Position numbers and translations under genes: made by a program. A model generated the notes under the pieces. The model had not been told where the DNA came from and searched no databases. It saw only the letters and a list, made by a program, of their open reading frames with translations. DNA of 64,000 nucleotides from Octopus sinensis (taxonomy: Eukaryota): NCBI RefSeq assembly GCF_006345805.1, contig NC_043023.1, positions 14,198,001 to 14,262,000 on the forward strand, given 5' to 3'. Positions 37,461 to 48,639 of the stretch are shown one piece after another (position 1 is the stretch's first letter; each line of letters begins with the position of its first letter).

Positions 37461-37519
37461 TTTCTTCATAAGGAAAGATAGAGATGCAAAAGAAAGATCA
37501 AGGTGGGGGGAGAGAGCAA

Positions 37520-37905
37520 AAGTAGGGGCAGAGAGACTGAAAGATGGGCGGAGAGACTGAAGGAAGGGCGGAGAGACAGAAGGAAGGGCGGAGAGACTGA
37601 AGGAAGGGCGGAGAGACTGAAGGAAGGGTGGAGAGACAGAAGGAAGGGCGGAGAGACTGAAGGAAGGGTGGAGAGACAGAAGGAAGGGCGGAGAGACTGA
37701 AGGAAGGGTGGAGAGAAGAAGGGTGGAGAGACTGAAGGAAGGGTGGAGAGACAGAAGGAAGGGCGGAGAGACTGAAGGAAGGGCGGAGAGACAGAAGGAA
37801 GGGCGGAGAGACTGAAGGAAGGGCGGAGAGACTGAAGGAAGGGCGGAGAGACTGAAGGAAGGGCGGAGAGACTGAAGGAAGGGCGGAGAGACTGAAGGAA
37901 GGGCA
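37520..37905. repeat. 20-bp minisatellite (gagagactgaaggaagggcg)n, about 19 copies
   Basis: Direct inspection. Confidence 0.92.
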
Positions 37906-38419
37906 GCTTTCATGATGTGCAAGAAATGCAAGAAGCAATCTGATTGGCTGGTATAGAAACCAGCCAGGTAATCTCAAAGGTTGTATTATTGGGCTGATAG
38001 AATCAGTCCAGTCATTTTCTTTTTTGGCCAATGGGTCAGCTCTGTTGTCTCTTAAGGGTTAAGGGTCTTAATGCATTGACTGTTACATAAAACACCGCTG
38101 CCGGTGGTTCATCGCAAACTTCCCACAACCTCCGTATGCACTACTGGCAGAACCTTTACTTAATTTGAAAAAATATTTTATTCTGTATCGCTGACATGAT
38201 TTTGAGGATATTTAAATAACATGAGTGCTAAATCATCATCATCATTGTTAACATCCATTTTCCATTGATTAGAGGGATTGCCTTGGAGAGGAACTTTCTA
38301 GGTGCAATCCCTGTCATATTGAGAATACGCTGGTTCTTAGAGGGGTTAATGAACTTGCAATAAGGATTAACAACAAAGAAAGCAAACAAACAAACAGAGG
38401 CAGACAAAGAAATTCATCT

Positions 38420-38610
38420 CTTTTACTTGTTTCAGTCATTTGACTGCGGCCATGCTGGAGCACCGCCTTTAGTCGAGCAAATCAACCCCGGGACTTATTC
38501 TTTGTAAGCCCAGTACTTATTCTATTGGTCTTTTTTGCCAAAATGCTAAGTGACGGGGACGTAAACACACCAGCATCAGTTGTCAAGCAATGCTAGGGGA
38601 ACAAACACAA

Positions 38611-38665
<55 letters not shown>

Positions 38666-39027
38666 CATACACATATATACGATGGGCTTCTTTCAGTTTC
38701 TGTCTACCAAATCCACTCACAAGGCTTCAGTCGGCTCGAGGCTATAGTAGAAGGCACTTGCCCAAGGTGCCATGCAGTGGGACTGAACCTGGAACCATGT
38801 GGTTGCTAAGCAAGCTACTTACCACATAGCCACTCCTAAGCCTATATATATATACATATGTGCGATGGGGTTCTTTCCGTTTCCGTCTACCAAATCCACT
38901 CACAAGGCTTTGGTCAGCCTGAGGCTATAGTAGAAGACACTTGGCCAAGGTTCCATGCAGTGGGACTGAACCCGGAACCATGTGGTTGGTAAGCAAGCTA
39001 CTTACCACACAGCCACTCCTACGCCTA
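38420..39027 (-). mobile_element. SINE family A: one full copy plus one 5' half
   Basis: Homology to family A. Confidence 0.85.
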
Positions 39028-39088
39028 TGTGAAAAACATAAAAGTAAAAAAAAAAAGAAAAAGGCATTGGGGTTAGTAAGAAACTGAC

Positions 39089-39282
39089 CTGGTGGTGGAG
39101 GGTGTGGCATCCTGTATGTGGGGCCAGGCATCGTGGCGGCAGGCAAGCTGGCTCTCGACGGGATATATGAGGCAGGGGTCTGTTGCTGTGCTGACGTGAG
39201 CACCTGGGGCATGTGTTGCATCACAGGTGCAACTTGGTGTGGGTGGCCTGGGTTGCGCACAACGGCAGATCGATCAGCCATT
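39089..39282 (-). CDS. RBBP6: RBBP6 exon 10 (Pro/Gln-rich)
   Basis: Acceptor tgtttcag; donor CAG|gtcagt; 194 nt, phase 2-1; MADRSAVVRNPGHPHQ...HPPPP. Confidence 0.9.
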
Positions 39283-39927
39283 CTGAAACAGAAACAGTAA
39301 AGAGATATAGCATCATAAACATTTGTCATCAGCATCTTTTATGTCCCTATTTGTCATCACGTAATCCTTCAGCATCCAGATTACTCTGTCAAATGTAATG
39401 CTTATATATTCACATTTGTTTTCAATTAATCATAAATTATCTCAAAACTTTGAGATTTCTATGATGCGATTACTTATTTTTAGAACAACATTGTAGGGTA
39501 GTGTAAGAGGCCAGATACGACTGGTTTAAAGAGGCAAATATTTTGGCCAAATATGTCCAGTTTAACCCTTTAAATGTAATATTTATTCACATTTGTTTTC
39601 AATTAATCATAAATTATCTCAAAACGCTGAGATTTCTATGATGTGATTGCTTCTTTTTAGAATGACATTGTAGGGTAGTGTAAGAGGCCAGATATGGCTG
39701 GTTTAAAGAGGCACAATATTTTGGCCAAATAAGTCCAGTTTAACCCTTTAAATGTAATATTTATTCACATTATAATGGTTGTATACTGTCAACTTAACGT
39801 GACAGTAGGGGATTACACCACCGCTGTTTAGCCCTAGGAAGCATCAACGCTTCCTGTCGGCTTCGACACACTGTGTCCTTATATATTTACGAAGGGAAGA
39901 CAAATACCCCCAACAGCTAGGCCTGCA

Positions 39928-39974
39928 TCTAGAGACACACATGTTTCAGGGTCTTTGCCCATCATCGGTCTAGA
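39928..39974 (-). ncRNA. Hammerhead motif, CCGAUGA variant
   Basis: CUAGA-CCGAUGA-UGGG caaaga CCCU-GAAA-CAUGUGU GUC-UCUAG. Confidence 0.55.
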
Positions 39975-40335
39975 GTAGCATAAGCCTGCTAGCTGCGGAT
40001 ATTCATCTCGATTTCGCAAATATATATATCTAATTTTCAGTGAAGTATATTCACTGATCACCAAAATCAGAAATATTAAATTTCTAAATATCTCATAGAG
40101 ATATCTATGGTGGTGGGGCGATATAATGGTTGTATACTGTCAACTTAACGTGACAGTAGGGGATTACACCACCGCTGTTTAGTCCTAGGAAGCATCAACG
40201 CTTCCTGTCGGCTTCGACACACTTACTGTGTCAATATTTCTGATTTTGGTGATCAGTGAATATACTTCACTGAAAATTAGATATATATATTTGCGAAATC
40301 GAGACGAATATCCGCAGCTAGCAGGCTCATGCTAC

Positions 40336-40382
40336 TCTAGACCGATGATGGGCAAAGACCCTGAAACATGCGTGTCTCTAGA
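40336..40382 (+). ncRNA. Hammerhead motif, CCGAUGA variant
   Basis: Core 40342-40348; GAAA 40363-40366; GUC 40374-40376; stem I CUAGA/UCUAG. Confidence 0.55.
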
Positions 40383-41844
40383 TGCAGGCCTAGCTGTTGG
40401 GGGTATTTGTCTCCCCTTCGTAAATATATAAGGACACAGTAAGTGTGTTGAAGCCGACAGGAAGCGTTCGATGCTTCCTAGGGCTAAACAGTTGTGGTGT
40501 AATACCCTACTGTCACGTTAAGTTGACAGTATACGACTCTATCGCTCCACCACCGTACATATCTCTATGAGATATTTAGATATTTAATATTTCTGATTTA
40601 TTCACATTGTTTTGAATTAATTATGCATTATCTCATAGCTTTGAGATTTCTATGATGTGATTGTTTACTTTAGACTGAAATTGTTGGGTAAGTATGAGAG
40701 GCTGGATCTGGCTGGTCTGAAAATAGATCAGAATATTTGATCCACATATGGTCAGTTTAACCCTCCTCCCAACATTCAGATTACTCTCAAATGAAAAGCT
40801 CATTTATTCATCATCATCATCATCGTTTAGCCCGCTTCCCATGCTGGCATGGGTTGGACGGTTCAACTGGGGTCTGGGAAGCCAGAAGGCTGCACCAGGC
40901 CCAGTCTGATCTGGCAATGTTTCTACGGCTGGATGCCCTTCCTAACGCCAACCACTCTGTGAGTGTAGTGGGTGCTTTTTACGTGCCACCGGCACAGGTG
41001 CCAGATGGGGCTGGCAAATGGCCACGGTCTGATGGTGCTTTTTACGTGTCACCATTAATTATGCATTATGTCATAGCTTTGAGATTTCAATGATGTGATT
41101 GTTTATTTTTAGAGTGACATTGTAGGGTAGGTGTAAGAGGTCAGATATGGCTGGTTTAAACAGGTACAATATTTTGGCGAAGTATGTTCAGTTTAACCCT
41201 CTAGCATTCAGATTACTCTGCCAAATCTAATATTTATTCAGATTGTTTTGAATTAAATTATGCATTATCTTATAGCTTTGAGATTTCAATGATGTGATTG
41301 TTTATTTTTAGAGCGACATTGAAGGTTTGGTGTGAGAGACCAGATCTGACCAGTTTGAACATAAAACAGAGAGAATATCTGGACCAGATATGGCCAGTTT
41401 AACCCTCAAGCATTGAGATTGCTGTCAAATGTAATATTTATTAACGGGAAAGTTTACAAAAATAAACAAAAGACGAAGGCAGGTGGAGTACAAACAAACA
41501 AATGTATTAGTATGGCGCTCAGGAATAGAACAAGTCTTTTACGTTTCGAGCCTACGCTCTTTGACAGAAAAAAAAAACAAGGGGAGAGAAAAAATGCGTG
41601 TAGGAGCTAATCCTGCATTTCTATATTTGAGAGATGAGGAATTCATCATCATTGTCATTTAACGTCTGCTTTCCATGCTGGCATGGGTTGGACAGTTTGA
41701 CTGAGGGCTGGTGAGCCAGAAAGAAGGCTGCACCTGACTCCAGTCTGATCTGGCAAAGTTTCTACAGCTGGATGTCCTTTACGCCCCTATCCTTTGGTTT
41801 ACTATGCAGATTGTAGCCTGGTCTATTAAAGGAGCTCTATCTAT

Positions 41845-42073
41845 TTCTTTACTGCCCACAAGGGGCTACACACAGAGGGGACAATCAGGGACAGACAAAC
41901 GGATTAAGTCCGATTACATCGACCCAGTGCATAACTGGTACTTTTTTAATCGACCCCGAAAGGATGAAAGGCAAAGTCAACCTCGGTGGAATTTGAACCC
42001 AGAACGTAGGTGCAGACGAAATACGGCTACGCATTTTGCCCGACGTGCTAACATTTCTGCCAGCTCGCCGCCT
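41845..42073 (-). mobile_element. SINE family B
   Basis: Homology to family B. Confidence 0.85.
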
Positions 42074-42131
42074 TCATCAGCTTTATCAGTGAGTGAGTAC
42101 CACCAGATTAAATAAATCCATATACTGTGCA

Positions 42132-42173
<42 letters not shown>

Positions 42174-43117
42174 AATGGACTAAACAGCTTAGGAGACACA
42201 TGGAAAGGAGAGTCGTTAAAGAGGTCACAGGAGGTGTGACAATAGATTTCCAAAGGACATAAAATAAGAACAATAATAAATCTGAGGTGAAAAACGAATA
42301 TATAGCAAGTGTGTTTATTTGGAAAAAAAAACAACAAAAAAAACTGACCATCCCCAAATATAAACAATGTACATATAGGGTGGCCCAAAAGCAGGTTTAC
42401 AGTTATTAAACTATTTCGCATTCATATGTACCTTATTTACATTATTTACATTTGATGTATATTTGTCATCATTTTGTCTTTTTCTAACACAAAGCTTCGG
42501 CTTTCATAGTTGACTATACTGCAGTGGTTAATGCAGTATAGTCAACTAGTGGTTCTGAGTTCAATTCCAAGCAAGACACTATATATGTGTGTGTTAGTGA
42601 AAATGTGTGGTTTAGTAGTTAGGGTGTTGTACTCATGATTGTAAAATTGTGGTTTCAATTCCTGGATTGGGCAACACATTGTGTTCTTGAGCAAAACACT
42701 TCATTTCACTTTTCTCCAGTCAAATCAGCTGGCAAAAATGAGTTATCCTGCAAGAGATCGGCATCCCATCCAAGTGGGGAATATATAAACCAGGGAACTG
42801 GCCCTTAGGGGTCAGTATGACTCAAGTTAAGTTTACCTTTTCTTATGGGTGGCATGTAAAAAGCACACAGTACACTATCAGAGTGGTTGGCATTAGGAAG
42901 GGCATCCAGCTGTAGAAACCTTGCCAGAACAGACTGGAGCCTGGTGCAGCCTCGTGGCTTGCCAGTCCTGAGTCAAACCAGCCAACCTATGCCAGCACGG
43001 AAAACGGATGTTAAATGTTGATGATGATGATGATGATGATGATGATAATGTGTGTGTGTGCATATATGAATTATATATGTGTGTGTGTGCATATATGAAT
43101 TATATATGTGTGTGTGC

Positions 43118-43410
43118 ATATCATCATCATCATCATCGTTTAACGTCCGTTCTCCATGCTAGCATGGGTTGGACGGTTCGACCAGGGATCTGGGAAGCCA
43201 GAAGGCTGCACCAGGCTCCGGTCTTATCTGGCAATGTTTCAACAGCTGGATGCCCTTCCTAACGCCAACCACTCCGTGAGTGTAGTGGGTGCTTTTTACG
43301 TGCCACCGGCACAGGTGCCAGGCGAGGCTGGCAACGGCCACGGTCGGATTGGTGTATTTTATGTGCCACCGGCACGGAAGCCAGTCGAGGCGGTGCTGGC
43401 ATCAGCCACA
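43118..43410 (-). mobile_element. Family C (RTE-tail) copy; another lies on + at 42845-43022
   Basis: Homology to family C. Confidence 0.8.
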
Positions 43411-43650
43411 TGAATTATATATGTGTGTGTGCTTTTGAGTCTGTCTGTCTGTCTCCCACCACCACTTGACAACTGATGTCCATTTCAGTTCCTGTAACCG
43501 ACAGAATACGGACCAGGTTTAGGCTTAAAAAACACAAAATAAGGGCTAGGGTCGATTCACTCGATTAAGAAATCCTTTGAGGTGGTGCCACAGCATGGTC
43601 GCAATTTAATGCCTAGAACAAGTAAAAGATTTTTAAAAAACAGTAGTTAC

Positions 43651-43690
43651 CTGTTCCTCATGGGGCCAGGCATTCTATTCATGTCGCGAA
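43651..43690 (-). CDS. RBBP6: RBBP6 exon 9 (40 nt)
   Basis: Acceptor tctctctttgcag; donor CAG|gtaact; phase 1-2; (V)RDMNRMPGPMRN(R); closes the frame between exons 8 and 10. Confidence 0.8.
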
Positions 43691-44099
43691 CTGCAAAGAG
43701 AGAACATAATTCTGTGGGTTACCATAGAGAAAGGATGAGAGAAAAATGAAAAACAACAGAAACTAAAAGATGAAGGCAAACCTATGAGAAGATGGGTTTG
43801 GGTGGAGATTGCAAGATGAGAAAACAACACAAAGCCCTTGTGAGTGGATTTAGTAAACGGAAACCAAATGAAGCCCATTGTGTGTGCATCAGTGTGTGTG
43901 TGTATGTGTGGCTGTATATGTATGTACTTATATACAAATAAGAAAATGGAGGAACAGATTCCTTTCAATCATCAACTTACAGATAATACCAATTCATATA
44001 ATTTATTAACTAATTAAATAGGAACATCCAAATCCAACAGAATAAAACAATATACATCAATAAGTAAGATAATACCATAAAAATATTACATGTAAAATG

Positions 44100-44480
44100 G
44101 ATCTTACAGCAGTTTCAGCCTGTAGATAAAGGTATCTCATTGTGCCTATATTATTCAAATGTATTGAGGTAATATGCAGTTAAAAATGAGTTACTTATAT
44201 ATGTCTTGCAAACAACTTGCACATGCAAGTGCTACCAGTTAAAAGCTCCGTATACCGGAAGCTAGCAAGTGTATGGGGTCATCAGGAGAGAATGTGTGCC
44301 GTTTCGGGACCTACCTCTCAACAGCATCAATGCGCACCAGCCCCCCCTCACTGATATGAGGCCCCGCTTGCTAGATCAGCTGGTTATGAAGAACTCAATA
44401 TACTTCTAGCCATCGCTCATCGTCTCTTTTTAACCAAATCCAGTGGCTAGCCTAGCCTCAAGGCCTCGTCAGAGATTATA
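44100..44480 (-). ncRNA. Hammerhead-like motif with an about 345-nt stem II insert (same family as 3781-3910)
   Basis: AUCU-CUGACGA-GGCCU...AGGCU-GAAA-C UGCU GUA-AGAU. Confidence 0.45.
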
Positions 44481-44908
44481 AAGTAATAACCCCTATCTCA
44501 CTTTGTACTTTTATGTACTTATATATATACTCTTTTACTTGTTTCAGTCATTTGACTGCGGCCGAAGCCATATTGCACTAACTAATCAGTACCTTTATGT
44601 TTTGGTAAGGTCTGACTTGATAGAAAAACCTTTCATTGTTGAGTTTATTATTCGAAGACAACACAATATAGAGTGTAATGAACTGGTGGGCTTCTTTCAG
44701 CCTCCATTTACTAAATCCACTCACAAGGCTTTGGTCAACTCCCCGAGCATGTAGTAGAAGAGACTTGCCCAAGGTACTTCCCCGTGGAACTGAACCCAGA
44801 TACATATGGTTGGGGAAGCAATCTTCTTAACACACACACAAGAGAAATTTCTCTTTCATGACACAGACACTACTCTCAATATTATTGTCACAAACAAAAT
44901 ACACTTAC

Positions 44909-44966
44909 CTAGCTGTAACGGTCGTATGTTCCGCAGTCGAGCTCCCAACACAGGAACAGCCATACC
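44909..44966 (-). CDS. RBBP6: RBBP6 exon 8 (58 nt)
   Basis: Acceptor ttttttttatcag; donor TAG|gtaagt; phase 0-1; GMAVPVLGARLRNIRPLQL. Confidence 0.82.
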
Positions 44967-45374
44967 CTGATAAAAAAAAAAGTTGATATTACTAATTGAA
45001 ATTTTATAATGAGAGTCATCATCATAATTAAACATCCACTTTCTCCATGCTTGCATGGGTTGGAGTGAGGCAGATCTTCCTACGGTTTGATATCCATCCT
45101 GTCACCAATCTTCACCTGCTTCCAAATAAGGTAATGTGATGGAATTCTGGTGTAAGGGTGCCATATAAACCTTGATAACTTTTATACTATTCGTATTCTT
45201 CAGAAAATTTTGGTGAATTTCTATTCTATATGTGGGAATTGATACAATGAGGCAAAAACCAAAATAAAAAATTTTGTTGTGTGATTTAAAGGTTATTTAG
45301 CTCCTATTTTTTGCAAATCTCACAACCACCTGACACCCTCCTTGTTTGTTTGTCAGTCAACATACTGATGTTCA

Positions 45375-45505
45375 TTATTTACATTATTTACATTTGACAT
45401 ATTTGTCCTCATCTTGTTTGTTGTTAACACAGTGTTTCGGCTGATATACTCTCCAGCCTTCATCAGGTGTCTTGGGGAAATTTCGAACCTGGGTTCTCAT
45501 TTCGA

Positions 45506-45536
<31 letters not shown>

Positions 45537-45835
45537 GTTAGTGTTGAGGTCACTGCTTGGAATTGAACTTGGAATCTTGGGGTTAGTAGCCCGCACTCTT
45601 AACCACTACGCCATATGCCCATGGTTAAGAGTGCAGGCTACTAACCCCAAGATTCCGAGTTTGATTCCAAGCAGTGAACGACGACAAGGACAACGAAAAA
45701 TACCTTAGGAATGAGAACCCAGGTTTGAAATTTCCCCAAGACACTTGATGAAGGCCGGAGGGTATATCAGCCGAAACGTTGTATTAACAACAAACAAGAT
45801 GAGGACAAATATCCATCGAATATAAATAATGTAAT
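45375..45835. mobile_element. Head-to-head pair of tRNA-headed elements whose tails carry hammerhead motifs
   Basis: Minus copy 45375-45620 and plus copy 45621-45835; A box TGGCGTAGTGG, B box GAGTTCAATTCC; tail GACAC-CUGAUGA-AGGCUG..CAGCC-GAAAC. Confidence 0.7.
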
Positions 45836-46324
45836 TAATTCATCTCTTAAATATAGAAGAACCATATTGATGTTCTTCAATATCTTTCTCCCCCATAAGT
45901 ATATTTAATGGTCTATTACTGAGATTTAAGTTAAAACTTTGAACTATCCATATTTTAAACTGTGATTTTATTTATTTTTTGATTTTTAATTTTGCAAAAC
46001 TAAAATAGTTTTGGGGGGAAAAATTTCAAAAAAAATTTTTTTTTTTTGTGTTTCATAGTCTTGTGAATTCCCTAACCCTAATAATCCTTTCTGCTATAGG
46101 CACGAAACCTGAAATTTGGAGGAGGGGGAAAATCAATGATGCCAGCGCTCAACTGATACTTATTTTATCAATCCCAAAAGGATGAAAGGCGAAGCCGACT
46201 TAGGTGGAATTTGAACTCAGAACGTAAAGATGGACAAAATGCTGCTAAGAGTTTGCCCGGCATGCTAACAATTCTGTCATCTCGCCTCCTTAATAATACT
46301 ACTAATACTAATAACAATAAAAGT

Positions 46325-46630
46325 GCATGGCTCAGTGGTTAGAGTGTCGAGCTTACGATCATGAAGTTGTGAGTTCGAATCCCAGACCGGTCTGCGTGTT
46401 GTGTTCTTGAGCAAGACACTTTATTTCGTGTTGCACCAGTTCACTCAGCTGTAGAAATGAGTTGTGATGTCACTGGTGCCAAGCTGTATCAGCCCCTTTG
46501 CCTTTCCCTTGGATAACACTGGTGGCATGGAGAGGGGAGGCCAGTATGCATGGGCGACTGCTGGTCTTCCACAAACCACCTTGCCCGGACTTGTGCCTGG
46601 GAGGGTAACTTTCTAGGTGCAATCCCATGG
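46325..46630 (+). mobile_element. tRNA-derived SINE family D
   Basis: gcatggctcagtggttagag...gttcgaatccc head; ttcttgagcaagacact core; second copy on - at 60030-60336. Confidence 0.8.
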
Positions 46631-46887
46631 TCTGTGTCATGACCGAAGGGGGTTTCAGACTAATAACAATAATGGTTTCAAATTTTGCCACAAGGGCAGC
46701 AATTGTAGGGTAGGCGATAATTCAATTACATTGACCCCGAAAGGATGAAAGGCAAAGTTGACCTCACCAGAATTTGAACTCAGAACGTAGCGACAGGCAA
46801 AATACTGCTAAGCATTTCATCCAGCGTGCTAACAATTCTGCCAGCTTGCCACCTTAATAATACTAATGCTAATAATAATAATAATAA

Positions 46888-47280
46888 TCTCTCTCTATAT
46901 AAAGCTGAAGTTGTCTGTGTATGGCAGGTTTGGTAGCCTTCAACTAGCACTATCTCCTCCGAGACCCTGCAGCGCAAGTTGACCAAAATTGAGAGTATGA
47001 TAGAAGAAGGCTTGCTCTTCCTTCTGGAGAAGAAAAACTTCAAATCGGACCATGTTAACACCAAAAATTATTTACATCAAAAAGGTGCTTTTTTTCTATA
47101 AAAATCCCTAATTTTTAACGATTTTTTTATGGCTGTGTCGCCATTTTTTGGTGTATTTCAACCAGAAAAACATTCACTTAAAGAGAACAACAAGCTACAT
47201 AATGCAAAATTTTTACTTTTCAAAAATTCCAATTCTAAAGGGTCGAAACAAACCTGAGCAACGCCGGGCGATACTGCTAG
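46888..47280 (+). mobile_element. Non-autonomous Helitron-like element
   Basis: A|TC...cctgagcaacgccgggcgatactgCTAG|T. Confidence 0.8.
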
Positions 47281-47330
47281 TAGTAATAATAATACTGTTG
47301 CTAGTAATAATAATAATAATAATCCATTAC

Positions 47331-47409
47331 CTTATGTGGTTCTCCAGGTCGGTGGCTAATGGGTTTATCATCGTGAAGTGGATTCGGTCCCTGCTCACCA
47401 GAGGGCAGC
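47331..47409 (-). CDS. RBBP6: RBBP6 exon 7 (79 nt)
   Basis: Acceptor ctcttttgatcaattttcag; donor AAG|gtaatg; phase 2-0; (R)LPSGEQGPNPLHDDKPISHRPGEPHK. Confidence 0.8.
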
Positions 47410-47761
47410 CTGAAAATTGATCAAAAGAGAGAGAGAGACCCAGAGTTTAGCAGATCAGAAACAAACAGCTCCACAGCTGGCAACCCGTCATTAAACAGTA
47501 AGGCAACTGCCACCCAAAGACACATCCAAACCATTTAGCAAACCACCCAAGGTAACCTCTAAGTGGTTGTCAGAAACAACAGCCAACTACTGAATTAGAA
47601 GCTCTGATAATATAAGCATTACCAATGCCGCATACTTAACGAAGGCCCAATGTTCAACACACAGATATATATATATATATAAATATATGCATATATACAT
47701 ACATATATGTACATACATATATGTACATACCTACATGTATATGCATATATATATATATGCG

Positions 47762-48064
47762 TGGAGGCGCAATGGCCCAGTGGTTAGGGTAGCGGACTCG
47801 CGGTCGTAGGATCGTGGTTTCGATTCCCAGACTGAGCTATGTGAGTGTTTATTGAGCGAAAACACCTAAAAGCTCCACGAGGCTCCAGCATGGAGTGGTG
47901 GCGATCCCTGCTGTACTCTTTCGCCACAACTTTCTCTAACTCTTTCTTCTGTTGGTCTGCTCGCTTAGCCAGTGGGGTGGCGTCATTTGAAGGCTAAAAT
48001 AATGCGAAGCGCATTGTGACCAGCGATGTGTCGCAACATCTGATAGCCCGGTCGGTCACGGTGA
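47762..48064 (+). mobile_element. tRNA-derived SINE family E
   Basis: ggaggcgcaatggcccagtggttagg...gtttcgattccc head; diverged copy on - at 63345-63540. Confidence 0.75.
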
Positions 48065-48490
48065 TATATATATATATATGCACATATGGGTACAAGTCAT
48101 CAAAAAAACGTTGAACACAATGAGAAACGAAAACATAAAAACATGGAAACAAACTTTTTTCAAACAAAGAAAATACAGAGTACAAGACATACAACACAAG
48201 GAATATTCCCCTTCTTCAGTTGTCCCTGTTTCGTCTACTCCGTGCTTCGAAGGTAAGGACAAGTACTTTATATATATGTATATATATATATATATATTGG
48301 TAAAAACGGTAAGATAACAAAAGAAAGAAAGAGACGTCAATATTATGTAAATAGAGGACAATTATTCAATATATACATATATATGTATATATATATATAG
48401 AGATGGCCAGATAACCGAAGAGATGGTGTTGTGGATTTCCACCTCAGCATCCAAAACTCAGAGTTTTATCTTGGCTATTGAATAATTGTC

Positions 48491-48522
<32 letters not shown>

Positions 48523-48639
48523 AAGTACTGCAGTTAATTTCTTCAACTAAGTTCCTTCAAAGCAGTGCTGTGCTCCAGCATGGCCACAGTCCAAAGGCTA
48601 AAAATAAGTAAAAGATAAGAGGTACAAGATAGAAAATAC

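Larger units (their letters stand above)
39772..40597. mobile_element. Penelope-like direct and inverted repeat unit (A-B-C-A-B'-A'-C') carrying two hammerhead motifs
   Basis: A at 39772-39875 and 40123-40232; B 39876-40078 is inverted at 40233-40435. Confidence 0.65.
39360..41420 (+). mobile_element. Tandem piggyBac-like MITE units (ttaaccc...cattcagattactct...) interrupted by other insertions
   Basis: About 200-bp unit at 39360, 39560, 40600, 40750, 41055 and 41190; junctions read ccagtttaa|ccct. Confidence 0.6.

Noticed and set aside
37520-37905. Regular short repeats as a CRISPR-like array
   Set aside because: No unique spacers; eukaryotic minisatellite
46325-48064. tRNA-like sequences at SINE heads
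   Set aside because: No complete cloverleaf; they continue into SINE bodies
48180-48240. CUGAAGA-AGGGG..CCUU on -
   Set aside because: GAAA is missing after stem II; at best a relic
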